Assembly: GCA_034780895.1 (NCBI GenBank)
Contig: JAUZTB010000069.1
Coordinates: 28,369,795 to 28,433,794, forward strand
Direction of reading: 5' to 3'
Origin: Rhynchobatus australiae
Taxonomy: Eukaryota
Length of the DNA stretch: 64,000 nt
Shown: positions 12,950-24,538 of the stretch, piece by piece
How the letters are laid out: every line of letters begins with the position of its first letter
Position numbering within the stretch: position 1 is the first letter of the stretch
Made by a program: the position numbers and the translations under genes
The notes under the pieces: model-generated
The model's input: the letters and a program-made list of their open reading frames with translations, nothing else
The model's database searches: none
What the model was told of the DNA's origin: nothing

Positions 12950-13545
12950 GTGTGGGGTGGATTCTGAGGGGCTGTGGGGAGGTGTTTAGGGGCGAGGGGA
13001 GGTGGGGTGGATCTGAGGGGGTATAGGGAGNNNNNNNNNNNNNNNNNNNNNNNNNNNNNNNNNNNNNNNNNNNNNNNNNNNNNNNNNNNNNNNNNNNNNN
13101 NNNNNNNNNNNNNNNNNNNNNNNNNNNNNNNNNNNNNNNNNNNNNNNNNNNNNNNNNNNNNNNNNNNNNNNNNNNNNNNNNNNNNNNNNNNNNNNNNNNN
13201 NNNNNNNNNNNNNNNNNNNNNNNNNNNNNNNNNNNNNNNNNNNNNNNNNNNNNNNNNNNNNNNNNNNNNNNNNNNNNNNNNNNNNNNNNNNNNNNNNNNN
13301 NNNNNNNNNNNNNNNNNNNNNNNNNNNNNNNNNNNNNNNNNNNNNNNNNNNNNNNNNNNNNNNNNNNNNNNNNNNNNNNNNNNNNNNNNNNNNNNNNNNN
13401 NNNNNNNNNNNNNNNNNNNNNNNNNNNNNNNNNNNNNNNNNNNNNNNNNNNNNNNNNNNNNNNNNNNNNNNNNNNNNNNNNNNNNNNNNNNNNNNNNNNN
13501 NNNNNNNNNNNNNNNNNNCGTGGGGAGGTGTTTGGGGGTGAGGGT
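12950..13545. repeat. G-rich minisatellite, probably collapsed into the 13031-13518 gap
   Basis: gtggggtggat(t)ctgagggg occurs twice about 51 nt apart before the gap, and gtggggaggtgttt(a/g)gggg occurs on both sides of it. Confidence 0.6.
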
Positions 13546-13593
13546 GAGCAGGAGTTGTATCGATTGGATGGCTGGACTTGGTTTCTCTTTCAG

Positions 13594-13692
13594 ATGGAAA
13601 TGGAGAAGAAACACGAGACCAGTCAGGAGAATTACTGGCTGATCCAGTACCAGCGGCTGATGGACACGAAGCCACTGTCCCTTCGAGCACGG
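13594..13692 (+). CDS. LRSAM1: LRSAM1 exon ([33 protein letters not shown])
   Basis: ttcag| ... |gtaac; diagnostic [16 protein letters not shown] motif. Confidence 0.96.
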
Positions 13693-13826
13693 GTAACCTC
13701 TGCTCATCTGTCTCCTGTCCACAGTTCCAGGCGAAGGGCAGTGACCTGAACAGTTGACTTGTTAACCCCCACCTTTACAACATGTGACTAGCTTTTGACT
13801 TCACACTTGTTCGTGTTCTGGAAGCC

Positions 13827-13907
13827 AGTGCGGGTGGTGGTAAGGACGTTCCAAGTGCGGGTGGTGATAAGGACGTTCCAAGTGCGGGTGGTGGTAAGGA
13901 TGTTCCA
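13827..13907. repeat. 27-bp tandem repeat x3 (agtgcgggtggtggtaaggacgttcca)
   Basis: three consecutive units with at most 1 mismatch each. Confidence 0.95.
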
Positions 13908-14489
13908 AGCTGGAAAGCAGTTCACCCTGCTCCTTGTGTGTTTGGTGCTGATCACAGGGTCAGACCCAAGGCAGCTTCTGGGCAGAGCTGGTTTGTCAGT
14001 GGGAGCACAATCTGGGCCTCGGGTAAGATGGAAACTTGAGAATCAGTTTACTGCCACACTGGACAGCGCGTTGAGTTGGATGTCGCAAACTTCCACTTAA
14101 TCCCATTAAGGAGGCCATTCAGCCCAGTCTATCCCAGCCCTCCTACCATTCCCGTCAATCCCTCACCCCAGCCTCTCTTCCCCCTCACCCACTCTCTGAT
14201 CATCGACGCCCCAAGTCTCCTGTCATCCACTTGCACTGGGACTCGCTCACAGCAGCCAGTGAACTTGCCAGTCAGCCTGCCTGTGGAACGTTGGAGGAAG
14301 CCGGAGCACCCGGGGGAGACCCAGAGCGTGCCAACTCCTCAGACAGCGCCGGAGGTCGGGATTGACCGTGGACTGCCGGAGCTGTGAGGCAGCAGCTCCA
14401 CTGCTGACGGGGTTAGAGGGCTGTGTGGTGTGGAGCCTGGCTGCTCTCTAGAGGGCAAAGGTTTAAGCTGGGGGTTGGAGGGGGTCTGG

Positions 14490-14675
14490 AGTGCCCTGCC
14501 TGAGGAGGTGGTGGAGGCAGAGACTCTCAACATTTAAAGTGTACGTGGATGAGAACTTGAATCACCAAGGCTTGGAAGGCCACGGATGAAGTGCTGCTAC
14601 GTGGCGTTAGTGTAGATGGTCAGTATGGATGTGATGGGCCGAAGGGCCTGTTTCTGTGCTGGATGATTCTGTGAC
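14490..14675 (+). mobile_element. CR1 3' end fragment
   Basis: gtggtggaggcag...acatttaa...gggccgaagggcctgtttctgtgctg tail, shared with other CR1 copies in the window. Confidence 0.7.
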
Positions 14676-14932
14676 CACGACTCAATCTGGGCACGGTTGG
14701 AAATCGGGCAGCATGTGTTCTGAAGCAGTCTGATACCAACAAGCGTGTGTCGTGGTTGGGAATGTTGGGTCAGGAGCTTCCGAGCAGGAACCAGCAAGTC
14801 ATCCCTGGCTACTCTGAGGCACATTTCTCCACTTCCCGCCCCACCACTGTCCCCGGCGTTCTGTTTGTTGTTCTCCTGGACTGGCTCGTAGTCAGATTGT
14901 TAACCTTCAACCTTGTGCCCCCCCCCCCACAG

Positions 14933-15064
14933 GAGGAGGGCGTGGAGAAGGCACTGGCAGACCTGTTGACCGAGCTCTCGGCAGATCAGTACCTGCCCCT
15001 GTTCGCCCACCAGCGGGTCACCCTGAAGATGCTGCGTTACATGACGGCGGAGGACCTGCAGCAG
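14933..15064 (+). CDS. LRSAM1: LRSAM1 exon, SAM domain N-part (EEGVEKALADLLTELSADQYLPLFAHQRVTLKMLRYMTAEDLQQ)
   Basis: cacag| ... |gtatg; SAM-like L..L...QYLPLF pattern matching human LEELSAEHYLPIFAHHR. Confidence 0.95.
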
Positions 15065-15535
15065 GTATGGCGGGATGTTAATGAACAGACAGTCTGTGCA
15101 GTGTGAGAGAACACGGGATGTGGGAGGGAGTGGTGGGTGACCAACCCCTCCAAGGTGGGTGCAAATGCCCCTCCCATTGAGATGGTGAGTGGCCAAGGCG
15201 AGGAACGGACTCTTCCCTTTTGTTGTGAGGCAGTATGTAGGGGCAGAGGGGATGAAATGGGCCTCTCCCATCGGGGGGTGTTGGCAGACCCCTCCCATTG
15301 AGGCGGTGTTGCGGGGAGTGGTGATGGGTCCCTCCCGTGGGGAGACAGAAAGTCACCTGGCACCAAAGTGCCTCCAAAACCCGACCAGTGCTGGGGGTCC
15401 CATCCTGTGAGAAAGGACGTCTCTCCTCGACACAGCCGGCCGTGCAAGGAAGGGCTGTGAGTGTGTGAAACACTTCAGGATACTACCACAGACGTGCGGG
15501 CGGAGTGGTGTGACCGAGGTGTCCTCTGTCCACAG

Positions 15536-15605
15536 ATTGGAGTCAAGGAGCGCAACCTACAGCGTGCCATCCTCGGACGTGTACAGGAGCTTCTGCCTGC
15601 AGAAG
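15536..15605 (+). CDS. LRSAM1: LRSAM1 exon, SAM domain C-part (IGVKERNLQRAILGRVQELLPAE)
   Basis: cacag| ... |gtaac; matches human [20 protein letters not shown]. Confidence 0.93.
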
Positions 15606-15864
15606 GTAACCGCACCGGGGCAGTTACTTCAATCTCTCCCCTGCTTCCCTCGAGTGCCATGTTTCACGGGCACTGGTGGCCTGCTCAGTGCACACACTGA
15701 AGGCCCACCACTGACCCTGCACGCTGCTCGTAATCAGGCTCCGCCTGATGCAGAGCAACTTCCCCCGATGGGTGAACGGTCCCTTGGCATTGTTCGATGT
15801 GGAGCAGCTCGATGGACGAAGCAGAGGTAGATGAATGTTTGAGAGATCAGGGAATTGAGGATGT

Positions 15865-16145
15865 GGGCAGGCACGGTGGTGTAGCAGTTAGCGTGACGCT
15901 ATTACAGCGCCAGTGACCCAGGTTCGATTCCCACCGCTGTCTGTAAGGAGTTTGTACGTTCTCCCCGTGTCTGCGTGGGTTTCCTCCGGGTGCTCTGGTT
16001 TTCGCCAACATCCCGAAGACGTACGGGTTAGGAAATTGTGGGCGTGCTGTGTTGGTGCCGGAAGCAGCTGCCCCCAGAATATTCCCAGTAATGCAAAAAA
16101 ATGCATTTCACTGTGTGTTTCGATGAACATGTGACTTATAAATAT
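15865..16145 (+). mobile_element. near full-length tRNA-derived V-SINE (HE1-like)
   Basis: A box tggtgtagcagttag, B box ggttcgattcc, V-domain ctccccgtgtctgcgtgggtttcctccgggtgctc, AT-rich tail. Confidence 0.85.
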
Positions 16146-16734
16146 CTTATATTTAATTTTATAGGGCTCTAAAGATTGTCCCTTAGCTTCCTATGTTCCA
16201 GTGAGAGTAAGCTCAGCTTATCCAGTCTCTCCTTATAACTAGAGCCCTCCATTCAAGGAAATATCCTGGTGAATCTCTTCCGCACTCTCTCTCTATTGTA
16301 CCACATCCTTTCTGCAGTGTGGAGACTGGAACTGCTCCTAAAACCTACTCTGGCTTTAAACTACTTGTCCCAATTTCTCCTTATGGTGCTCAGTTGTTTG
16401 GTAACACTCCTGCCTCGGGTTGCTTTACTATGTTAAAGGCGTTAAATAAATGCAGTTTGCTGCAGTGTCCTCTGTTCCTTTATTCAGTGAAGGGGACTTC
16501 AGTGCAGAAAGAGGATAACGTAAAGGTGCTGGTGATACTCTGGCCAATCTTGCAGGCAATATTCTGTCATGGAAATATAGAGACAATCAATAAGTGCACC
16601 CTTCAATCCTTGTACATGCAGGATCTAAAACCAACAAAATTGGCCACTGTAAATTGCCCCTGGTGTGTAGGTGAGTCGATGAGAAAGTGGGGGGAATAAT
16701 ACAAAATGGGATTAATGTAGGTTCAATGTAAATA

Positions 16735-16868
16735 GAGACACAGGAGACTGCAGATGCTGCTGGAGGAACTCAGCGGGTCGGGCAGCATCTGTGGAGGGAA
16801 ATGGACAGTCGATGTTTCGGGTTGAGACCCTTCATCTGGACTGTGGAGGGGAGATAGCCGGTGTATAG
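16735..16868 (-). mobile_element. Penelope terminal (pLTR)-derived repeat with minimal hammerhead motif
   Basis: gagactgcagatgctgctggaggaactcagcgggtcgggcagcatctgtgg...gtttcgggttgagacccttcatctggact. Confidence 0.7.
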
Positions 16869-16969
16869 NNNNNNNNNNNNNNNNNNNNNNNNNNNNNNNN
16901 NNNNNNNNNNNNNNNNNNNNNNNNNNNNNNNNNNNNNNNNNNNNNNNNNNNNNNNNNNNNNNNNNNNNC

Positions 16970-17110
16970 AAAGACGTACGGGTTAGGAAGTTGTGGGCGT
17001 GCTGTGTTGGCGCCGGAAGTGTGGTGACACTTGTGGGCTGCCCCCCAGAACACTCTACACAAAAGATGCATTTCACTGTGTGCTTTGATGCACATGTGAC
17101 TAATAGAGAT
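16970..17110 (+). mobile_element. 3' half of the same SINE family as 15865
   Basis: aagacgtacgggttaggaagttgtgggcgtgctgtgttggcgccggaag is nearly identical to 16016-16063. Confidence 0.8.
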
Positions 17111-17339
17111 CTTAATTGGAAGCTGATGGAGGACTGGGGCAGCTCAGCCACAACCACACTGAATGGTGGGGCAGGTGGCCTACCCGCTGCTCAGACCGAT
17201 GGCTCTGCTGCTTCACTAGGGGTGTAGGCAAGGAATGCCGTCTGTGTCACTGACCATCAGCAGATGGACTGGGGACAATTGGCTGCTTTTGGTGAGAGAA
17301 AATCCCTCGCCTGGTTTCTCATGTAATTCAACTTTGTAG

Positions 17340-17512
17340 ATTGGAGATTGCCATCCGCTCCAGCGAAGGATGTCGCTGCGGATTCGGGCGAGAGACGACC
17401 CAGTGCTCCTGTGGAGGACCAAGTGGGGCCCTCCAGTTCACCGGAGCCCAGTGTGCCAGCCTCGGAAGAAGTTGTGGCTCAGTCAGAGTGTGTTGTCTGC
17501 ATGGAGCGAGAG
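17340..17512 (+). CDS. LRSAM1: LRSAM1 exon with PSAP (TSG101-binding type) motifs and start of RING (…SECVVCMERE)
   Basis: ttgtag| ... |gtaag; 173 nt, phase 1 to 0; PSAP x2 then SECVVC as in human ASECVVCLERE. Confidence 0.93.
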
Positions 17513-18675
17513 GTAAGCGCGCTGCCGGGGTCCAAAGAGTAGCCTGAATCTGCCTTGGTGAAAGGTCGTGCGTTACTGTACTGGGTGCCTGTGTGTTAGT
17601 CATTTCCCTGCTTTGCTGAGGAAGCTGAGGGTAGACACAGCTCTGCAGCTATCCTGCCACTGAACAGCGTGAACCTTTCATCAGAATCGATGAATGGCAG
17701 GGGTCCCAGTTGACTGTTACTGAGCCAAGATCTCTGACAGGTTGATAGATGCCAAACCTCTGGGTTTAAAGACCGAATAGGGTGCTTGTTCCCACTCAGG
17801 TGATGCTACTGCACCAGTGGTAATCTAGCCATCACCATGTTGTTCTCTCATATACTGTATGGAACCAAGACTGTCAGAATTGTGTCTGGTACCTTTTTAC
17901 ACTTGTCACAATGTGTAATTTCTGTGTGTGGTGATGTCTGATTTTCACCAGTACTAAACACTTCAAGACCTCAAAGTAATGTGAATAAATATACTTTGAG
18001 ATGTTGCCTTTAGAACTCCAATAATTTTTCATTGCTTTTTTTTTTAAACAGAGAGCTTGTAATACCATGAAAGGCATTGCCAGAATTAGTGATTGAGGGA
18101 CTACTTAAGTGAAAGTTGGTTAATGGGAAGAGATAATGGAGTAAACTAACAGGATCAGCACCGCTGATTGCTGCTTGGTGTGAAGGGTCTGGCACTTCCA
18201 GTAATTTATTTTCATTCAGATTTTGAGAATTCTTTTCCTTTTATTTACTNNNNNNNNNNNNNNNNNNNNNNNNNNNNNNNNNNNNNNNNNNNNNNNNNNN
18301 NNNNNNNNNNNNNNNNNNNNNNNNNNNNNNNNNNNNNNNNNNNNNNNNNNNNNNNNNNNNNNNNNNNNNNNNNNNNNNNNNNNNNNNNNNNNNNNNNNNN
18401 NNNNNNNNNNNNNNNNNNNNNNNNNNNNNNNNNNNNNNNNNNNNNNNNNNNNNNNNNNNNNNNNNNNNNNNNNNNNNNNNNNNNNNNNNNNNNNNNNNNN
18501 NNNNNNNNNNNNNNNNNNNNNNNNNNNNNNNNNNNNNNNNNNNNNNNNNNNNNNNNNNNNNNCTGAGCTGCTGAAGGAGGAGCCAGTCGGTAAAATGACC
18601 CAAACAGAAGGTGAAGTGAGATGTGTCCCGGATGTTGGGTGGGGGATGTACTCACGACCTCTCTCTATGTTCCAG

Positions 18676-18801
18676 AGTCAAATGATCTTCCTAACCTGTG
18701 GCCATGTTTGCTGCTGTCACACGTGTGGGATGGAGTTGCACACTTGCCCTCTCTGCCGGAAGGAAATCGAACAAAAGATTCGCATGTATCGCACATCCTG
18801 A
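18676..18801 (+). CDS. LRSAM1: LRSAM1 last coding exon, C3HC4 RING (SQMIFLTCGHVCCCHTCGMELHTCPLCRKEIEQKIRMYRTS*)
   Basis: ttccag| acceptor; matches human QMIFLNCGHVCCCQQC...TCPLCRQDIAQRLRIYHSS; TGA stop. Confidence 0.97.
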   Translation, partial: SQMIFLTCGHVCCCHTCGMELHTCPLCRKEIEQKIRMYRTS

Positions 18802-21051
18802 GTGGCGTTCCGTTCCTACCCAGTGTACGTGAGCTCACGGGTGTGCTTGTCAGAAACCATCCTGCTGACCTGGATTAACTAATCCCCCCACCCCCGGAGG
18901 CGTCTGTGTTCTCGGTAAAAGGTGCTGACGGGTTTCAGGAAGGATCAAGATATTGGGCTCCATTGCTCAGGGTGCAGGACTCCAGCAGGGCGCGCGCACA
19001 CACAACAAAAAAAAACTTGGTGTCATCTCACCCAGAGTACACCTCCAGCTTCCATTCCCCAGCCCAGGGACACCCATCTGATTTGTTCACACACCCCTCC
19101 CACCTCACCATACACTTCAGTCCCCCATGACACCCCCGAACCTGTCCTGTACTTCAGGGACGCGCACTGCCCTCTCCGTAACCAACAGCCAGGACGTCCA
19201 CAGCTGCTTCTTTTACTTCCCCAAGCTTGCACCAAGACCCATGGACTGCACCAGGTTTCTTTTTATTGAGGCAAACTGAAGTGCCATCAGTGTGCTCACA
19301 CAGAAGCAAAAAAATCCCACTCTGAAGAAGTATTTTGTCCTGTGTTTTTTGGTAATATTTATCTGAAATGGATGATCTAGTTCTATTCAGTTTGGTCTAC
19401 AGTAGTGACTTCAGACATTCTGGATGGGCTGTAAACCAGTTTGGGATGACTTCAACATTAGAAATACACTTGTCATCTATTCCATTGAACATTCTTGTTT
19501 TGATTCCATCTGCCCCATTAGCCTGAATCATGACCACTTATTTGCAATTGTTAAACACGATTTTAAGACGAGTAGCGGCCTGACCAACACCTGTGACGTC
19601 TGCATCCTTGCCATCAGCGGTNNNGCGGTTTTAAACAATCACAGTCCATGTCACTGGCTGCCCATGTCCTACAGCGATGACGTGTCAAACCACTTCATTG
19701 GCAGGAGTTCTGAGATCAGAAAGGGCAGTATTGTTAATGCCCATTTGTGGTCCTCTCCCCTGTTTTCAATTCCTTTGCAATTTCATTGAGCCCATTAAGT
19801 TCTGGAAGATACAAATCCACAATCGTCCTGTGAACTCCCAGGAGGGGAATTTCAGAGAAGTGTCATTCGATTATGTTACTGCCCAAAATTTGGCCCCACA
19901 ATTGTCATCAAATGGATGCAAAATAGTGATTTAGTATTTCAGCTTCCTTGTCCTTTTGATGCAGGCTCAATTCCTTCCTGAGGTTTAACTCTTCCTAGTA
20001 ATCTCGGGGATCAGTCCTATCACTAACTTTGATTTTCCTTTGTAATTATCTGATATTGAGATGCTTTCCTCAACATCTCCACTATGGAAACCACTTTCCT
20101 TGGTTGATTTTGTCCCCATACATAGTGTTTATTTAATCTTCTCAGCAGTTGTGTGCTGTTTCAATTGAGCCTCATTGGTTTGACTACCTGATTCTCACCA
20201 CCTTCTTCATATTGTCCCACAATCCACTCCTGCCCTTTCTGTCAACTTGATTTTGGCATTCCTGAGATTTTGGTGAAAACTGGCAAAGATCATGGATGTT
20301 CTGAGATAAGCTGCTGTCATGGATTGTTTGCTTTTGAAGCATATGTTGGTACTTATTTCAGTTACTAACTGTGTGTCATTGTCCCACAGATCTGCCTACA
20401 ACCTCCTGCACTTCAGCCTGCCTGTGCCTTACACCTCCTCTTTACCCCCACCCTAAAGGTAAAACTGTGGCATAGCCTCCTCCTAGGCTGGCTTGAGGTC
20501 TTCCTGGATGGATAATCTATGGCTGGTCAGGCCTGAATTGTGTCGGCAGTGATGTGAGTTGGCCATGTTGAGCTCCCATGAATTAGTGCACTAGTAACTT
20601 GCTTTATCATGAACTGGTTGTATAGATAGGGAACTGGAATAGAAAATGAAGTCATCTTTTCCTGCTGTTGTACTTGATTTTTGTGCCTGGAGCTACCTTG
20701 GAATGAAACTGTGAGCTGGTGTAACTGATCTGCAACCAATCCACATGGGCTCTGTCATTTTTTTGAACTATGGCTCCTGTGGAATCAACCTCGTCCATAT
20801 GATCCATTAAGCAGGTGTGAAACAGTGCATCTACATTGCCATTCATGCTGAGACTTTGTCAGGTAGAAGGTTAAACTTTCCAACTGACCTTACTGTACAG
20901 AGCAGCAACGCAGTATCATCTTATTTGTCTTCAATTGGAGCAAGAGGGGGAGAGCAGTAGACTGAGTTGAATGTTTCTAAGATGTAGGTTTAAGTCAGTA
21001 AACTTCCTTTTTTTTGTTAAAATCACTAATCCAGTTAAAATTTTGTTGAGC

Positions 21052-21057
21052 AATAAA
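21052..21057 (+). promoter_or_regulatory. candidate LRSAM1 polyadenylation signal AATAAA (alternative at 21874-21879)
   Basis: AATAAA in U-rich context downstream of the stop, followed by a pyrimidine/GT-rich tract; usage not provable from sequence. Confidence 0.4.
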
Positions 21058-23784
21058 ACGAATGCTGGCCTTCCTCTTTTGTTCATAGTTCAACTGCTGC
21101 TCCTTGCATTAATGTCCTTTCACTTGAATGTGCTAAAGGCAAATTTAATCATGAAACTTGTCAATTTGAGAACTAAGTGCAAAAACTGACTTTTCCTCAC
21201 TTCCTTCACTTGCTGAGGATAGTGTCTCTCCACTCAAGATCCACCTCACCCAGAGCTAGTGATGGATGAGTAACTGCTGAAGCTATGCCCAGTGCTGCTG
21301 CTTCCATTCCCCAATTTACTGCTACTTCCCCCAGAGCCATAAGTGCTACTTTGCTCTGATTGGTGCTCAAGTGCAGCTGTTTATCCAGTTTTATTTGACA
21401 GCATATTTTTGGTTACTTTTCTCTGAACACCTTCAGCAGAATTATCACCCAAGTTGTCTCTAGACACTTACCTGTCATCACTGCTGTTCCATAGTCTTGT
21501 CTTTTTGCCCACAAATTCCAAATGTACTCTCTGACCTTCTGCCCCTGTGAAATAGAGTGTGTGTAAAATGTCCTTTGTGACACCTTGTCCGTCTCTGTCC
21601 TGTGTTTCAGCCTTGAGGGATTTTACAACCCAGTACTGCCATCATCCTAGTTTCTCTTATACCCTCAGTGACATCCTGTATCAAAGGCTTTCTCCCTCAA
21701 ACTGCATGTTACATGAAGCCAGATATAAGATGAATGTAAAGCATGTTTTTAAATTAGATGTTTAATTTATTATGTCTTTCATGCAGAACATTTGCACTTG
21801 TATTACTGTATGCTGTAAGTTCCAGTCCTACAATTATACATGTTTAAAAAGTGATCTTTATGGAAATTGTTCCAATAAAGGAGAGATTCCCCTTGTGGTT
21901 TGCTTTGATTTTTGTCTTGCAGCATAGATTGTCCTGTAAAACTTGATGTGATTTTATAGATTTGTTGGAGGTAGTAATCCAGCTGAAAGGACTTTGAACC
22001 AATCAAGCTTGAGTGTTTTATTTAAACTAGCTGGTCTGTTCAGCTGCAAGTGGGAGACTAACAAAAGAATGAAAGTTGAAGATTGGTGCCCATGGTGTAT
22101 AGTGAAGGCCAGGTCCGATAGCATTGAGTGGGAATGGGAACTGGGCAGGAAGGTGGACTTGAGCTACACGACAAGCTGGATCTTCTTGATGATCCAGGGA
22201 GGGAGGGGGCTAAATGACCAACCTTCCATTCTAGGGCTATGTCAGCAGTCCCAGTATCCAGGCCCAAGGGAAGGCAGCCAGTGTTCATTAAATGATATCT
22301 GGTGGAAAACAGCCTTTGTAGATGAGAAGCAAGCTGCAGAATTAGGCTGGTACTTTCCTTGAAGGAAGACTAATGTATAAACAAGGGGGTTACCACAGCA
22401 GAGATTGGAATAAAACAAAAATGATTGAGAAGAGACAAATTCAAATTGTGAGCCAAGATTTATACACATTACTAGTTCTTAACAAGTCTGTATGAAGGCA
22501 CATGCAGAAGATTCAGAATCTTTCATGCAATGCACTGGTCAATTCACATCATCCAGAATCCAGCCTGCATCTGCCTGCACTTTGAGAAATGGTTCCAGAA
22601 TTTCCCCAGAGGTAGTAGACCTCTCACACGCACTGGTCCACTGCACTTGCCTGAATCTTCAAGCAGCAACTCAGCCTGTGAAGCCATCTCCAACCATGCA
22701 GCAAAGGTCTGGTTGTAACAGACATCACAGGCCCAGCCACATCTCCATAGGCTGAACTGGCTGTCAAACAACAGCATAGTTTACAAATGTCCCTTAACGT
22801 TCAAAATTGTTCAATGTTAAAACTTAACAACCCTATCAAATTATTTTTTAATTAAAGTTATATAAACAATACTCTCCACTGCTGCATGGAATTGCTGAAC
22901 CTGCTGGGAAATTGCAGGGAGCTGGTGATCTACTCGTGGACTCCACGTCAAGTTGTGTCGGGGGTCAGGGAACTCCAGTGACCAGCTGCCAGGAAGTGCN
23001 NNNNNNNNNNNNNNNNNNNNNACTTATGCAGGTAAGTGCTCGTGTTTCTCGTATAATCCAAGCCAGTGAGTTCACAATTACCAAACCATATTGGAAGGTT
23101 CCCCAAGGCTAGGGGAAAATAGTTTAAAACCCTAGAGTTCAAGCAACAGGAGGCCATGGGAAAGAGGATCAGAAAACATAAAAAGTAGAATAATGGCTGT
23201 GTCTTTAGCTGGAAGCAGCAGCATGCTGCACTGCTCATGAAAACCAGCAGATGAACTATTTCACGGTCTCATTAGCTGCCAAGTACAAGGTTGGAATTAA
23301 GCTCTCAGTCATGCACTTCACTTTCCACCAGCCTGCCAGCCATTCCACTTCTGTTAACAATGGCAGTGTTTTGTATCTATAAAATTAGCACAGTAGAGGA
23401 AGAACCACATGATTTGATTTGTGGCCTTCATTATGCTGGTATCTGGGTCCTGCCTGAACAAATGACAAGGGGCACCAAGAAACAGGTGAATACAACAGAC
23501 GATTTCCTCTCCAGACTGGATACCCAACCGTGTGGCTGTCCTCTCACCCAGAACAAGCCAAGTAACGGGAAAAGACAAGGGGGGCAGATAGGAGGAGGGA
23601 GAGAGCAGTGCTTGCCATTTAGGGGAATGGTGGGGGGGGGGGGGTGTGCAGAACTAATGATTTTCCGTCTTCAGCAGTTGGGACCCAAAACAAATAAATT
23701 TAAGCAAATGATGTATTCCCATCACACAAGCTCACTACTTAAATTTTAACACAGCTGTGCTCCTTTCATGGAGCTGCTAACCAA

Positions 23785-23790
23785 TTTATT
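23785..23790 (-). promoter_or_regulatory. candidate FKBP15 polyadenylation signal (TTTATT on +; alternative at 23942-23947)
   Basis: AATAAA on the - strand about 0.5-0.7 kb after the FKBP15 stop. Confidence 0.4.
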
Positions 23791-24460
23791 TTAAATGGAT
23801 AGCAACCCATAAATAAAAACGGAGAGGGATGTTACATTGTCCACTGAGAATGGGAACCACATCCATGCAGGTAACATCACCGAACAGTAGTGAAAATGGA
23901 AGTGCTGGGCCAACTGACTAAGATTAAGGCACAGGGATAACTTTATTCTGAATGAAGGCTGTACTCTACCCAACACACAGGACAAGGACAATGTTCGGTT
24001 CCTTCCAAGCACCACTCAAACAATTCAACATGAAAACTGAGGGGAAAATATTCACAATCAAACTGTGGCAGACACCGTAATATAATAAACAGTCATGAAT
24101 GGCCTGCCGTGCTGCCCCACAACCAAGAACAATACTGTCACAGCAGTAAAATTCGACTGAGATTTGGCAGGGATTAAAAAGAAAATTAAAGTCATATACT
24201 GTCCAGGAACACTACCAGTGCTAATCAGAGTTAGTGCACTTTCATCCACAGTTTCATTCAGTGTTGACTGGGGAAACAGCTTCACACCAGGAGGCTGTGA
24301 CCAGTAGGTTACAAAAAATGCAGAGACCCTTGGAATGTTAAGTTCCATCACATTAAAACACTGTAGAAGCAGGGTTTCCCAGAAGGGTGTTTGATTCACC
24401 TCGTCTTCCTCGCAAACCACCTCTTTCTCCTCAGTAACTACTGCATCATCAGAAGCTCTC

Positions 24461-24538
24461 TCACCCCAGCCAGTCAAAGTCATCGTCATCATCATCATCT
24501 CCAAACAGTGGTGCTGGTGGTGGGCGACCCTTCATGCT
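24461..24538 (-). CDS. FKBP15: FKBP15 last coding exon (SMKGRPPPAPLFGDDDDDDDFDWLG*)
   Basis: ctcag| acceptor; near-identical to human C-terminus SMKGRPPPTPLFGDDDDDDDIDWLG. Confidence 0.97.
   Translation of the reverse strand, partial: SMKGRPPPAPLFGDDDDDDDFDWLG

Noticed and set aside
13827-13907. 27-bp direct repeats as a possible CRISPR array
   Set aside because: The units are contiguous with no unique spacers, in a vertebrate intron with no cas genes
15865-15945. tRNA-like sequence with A and B boxes (also 31345-31415)
   Set aside because: It is the head of a V-SINE continuing into the SINE body, with no proper cloverleaf
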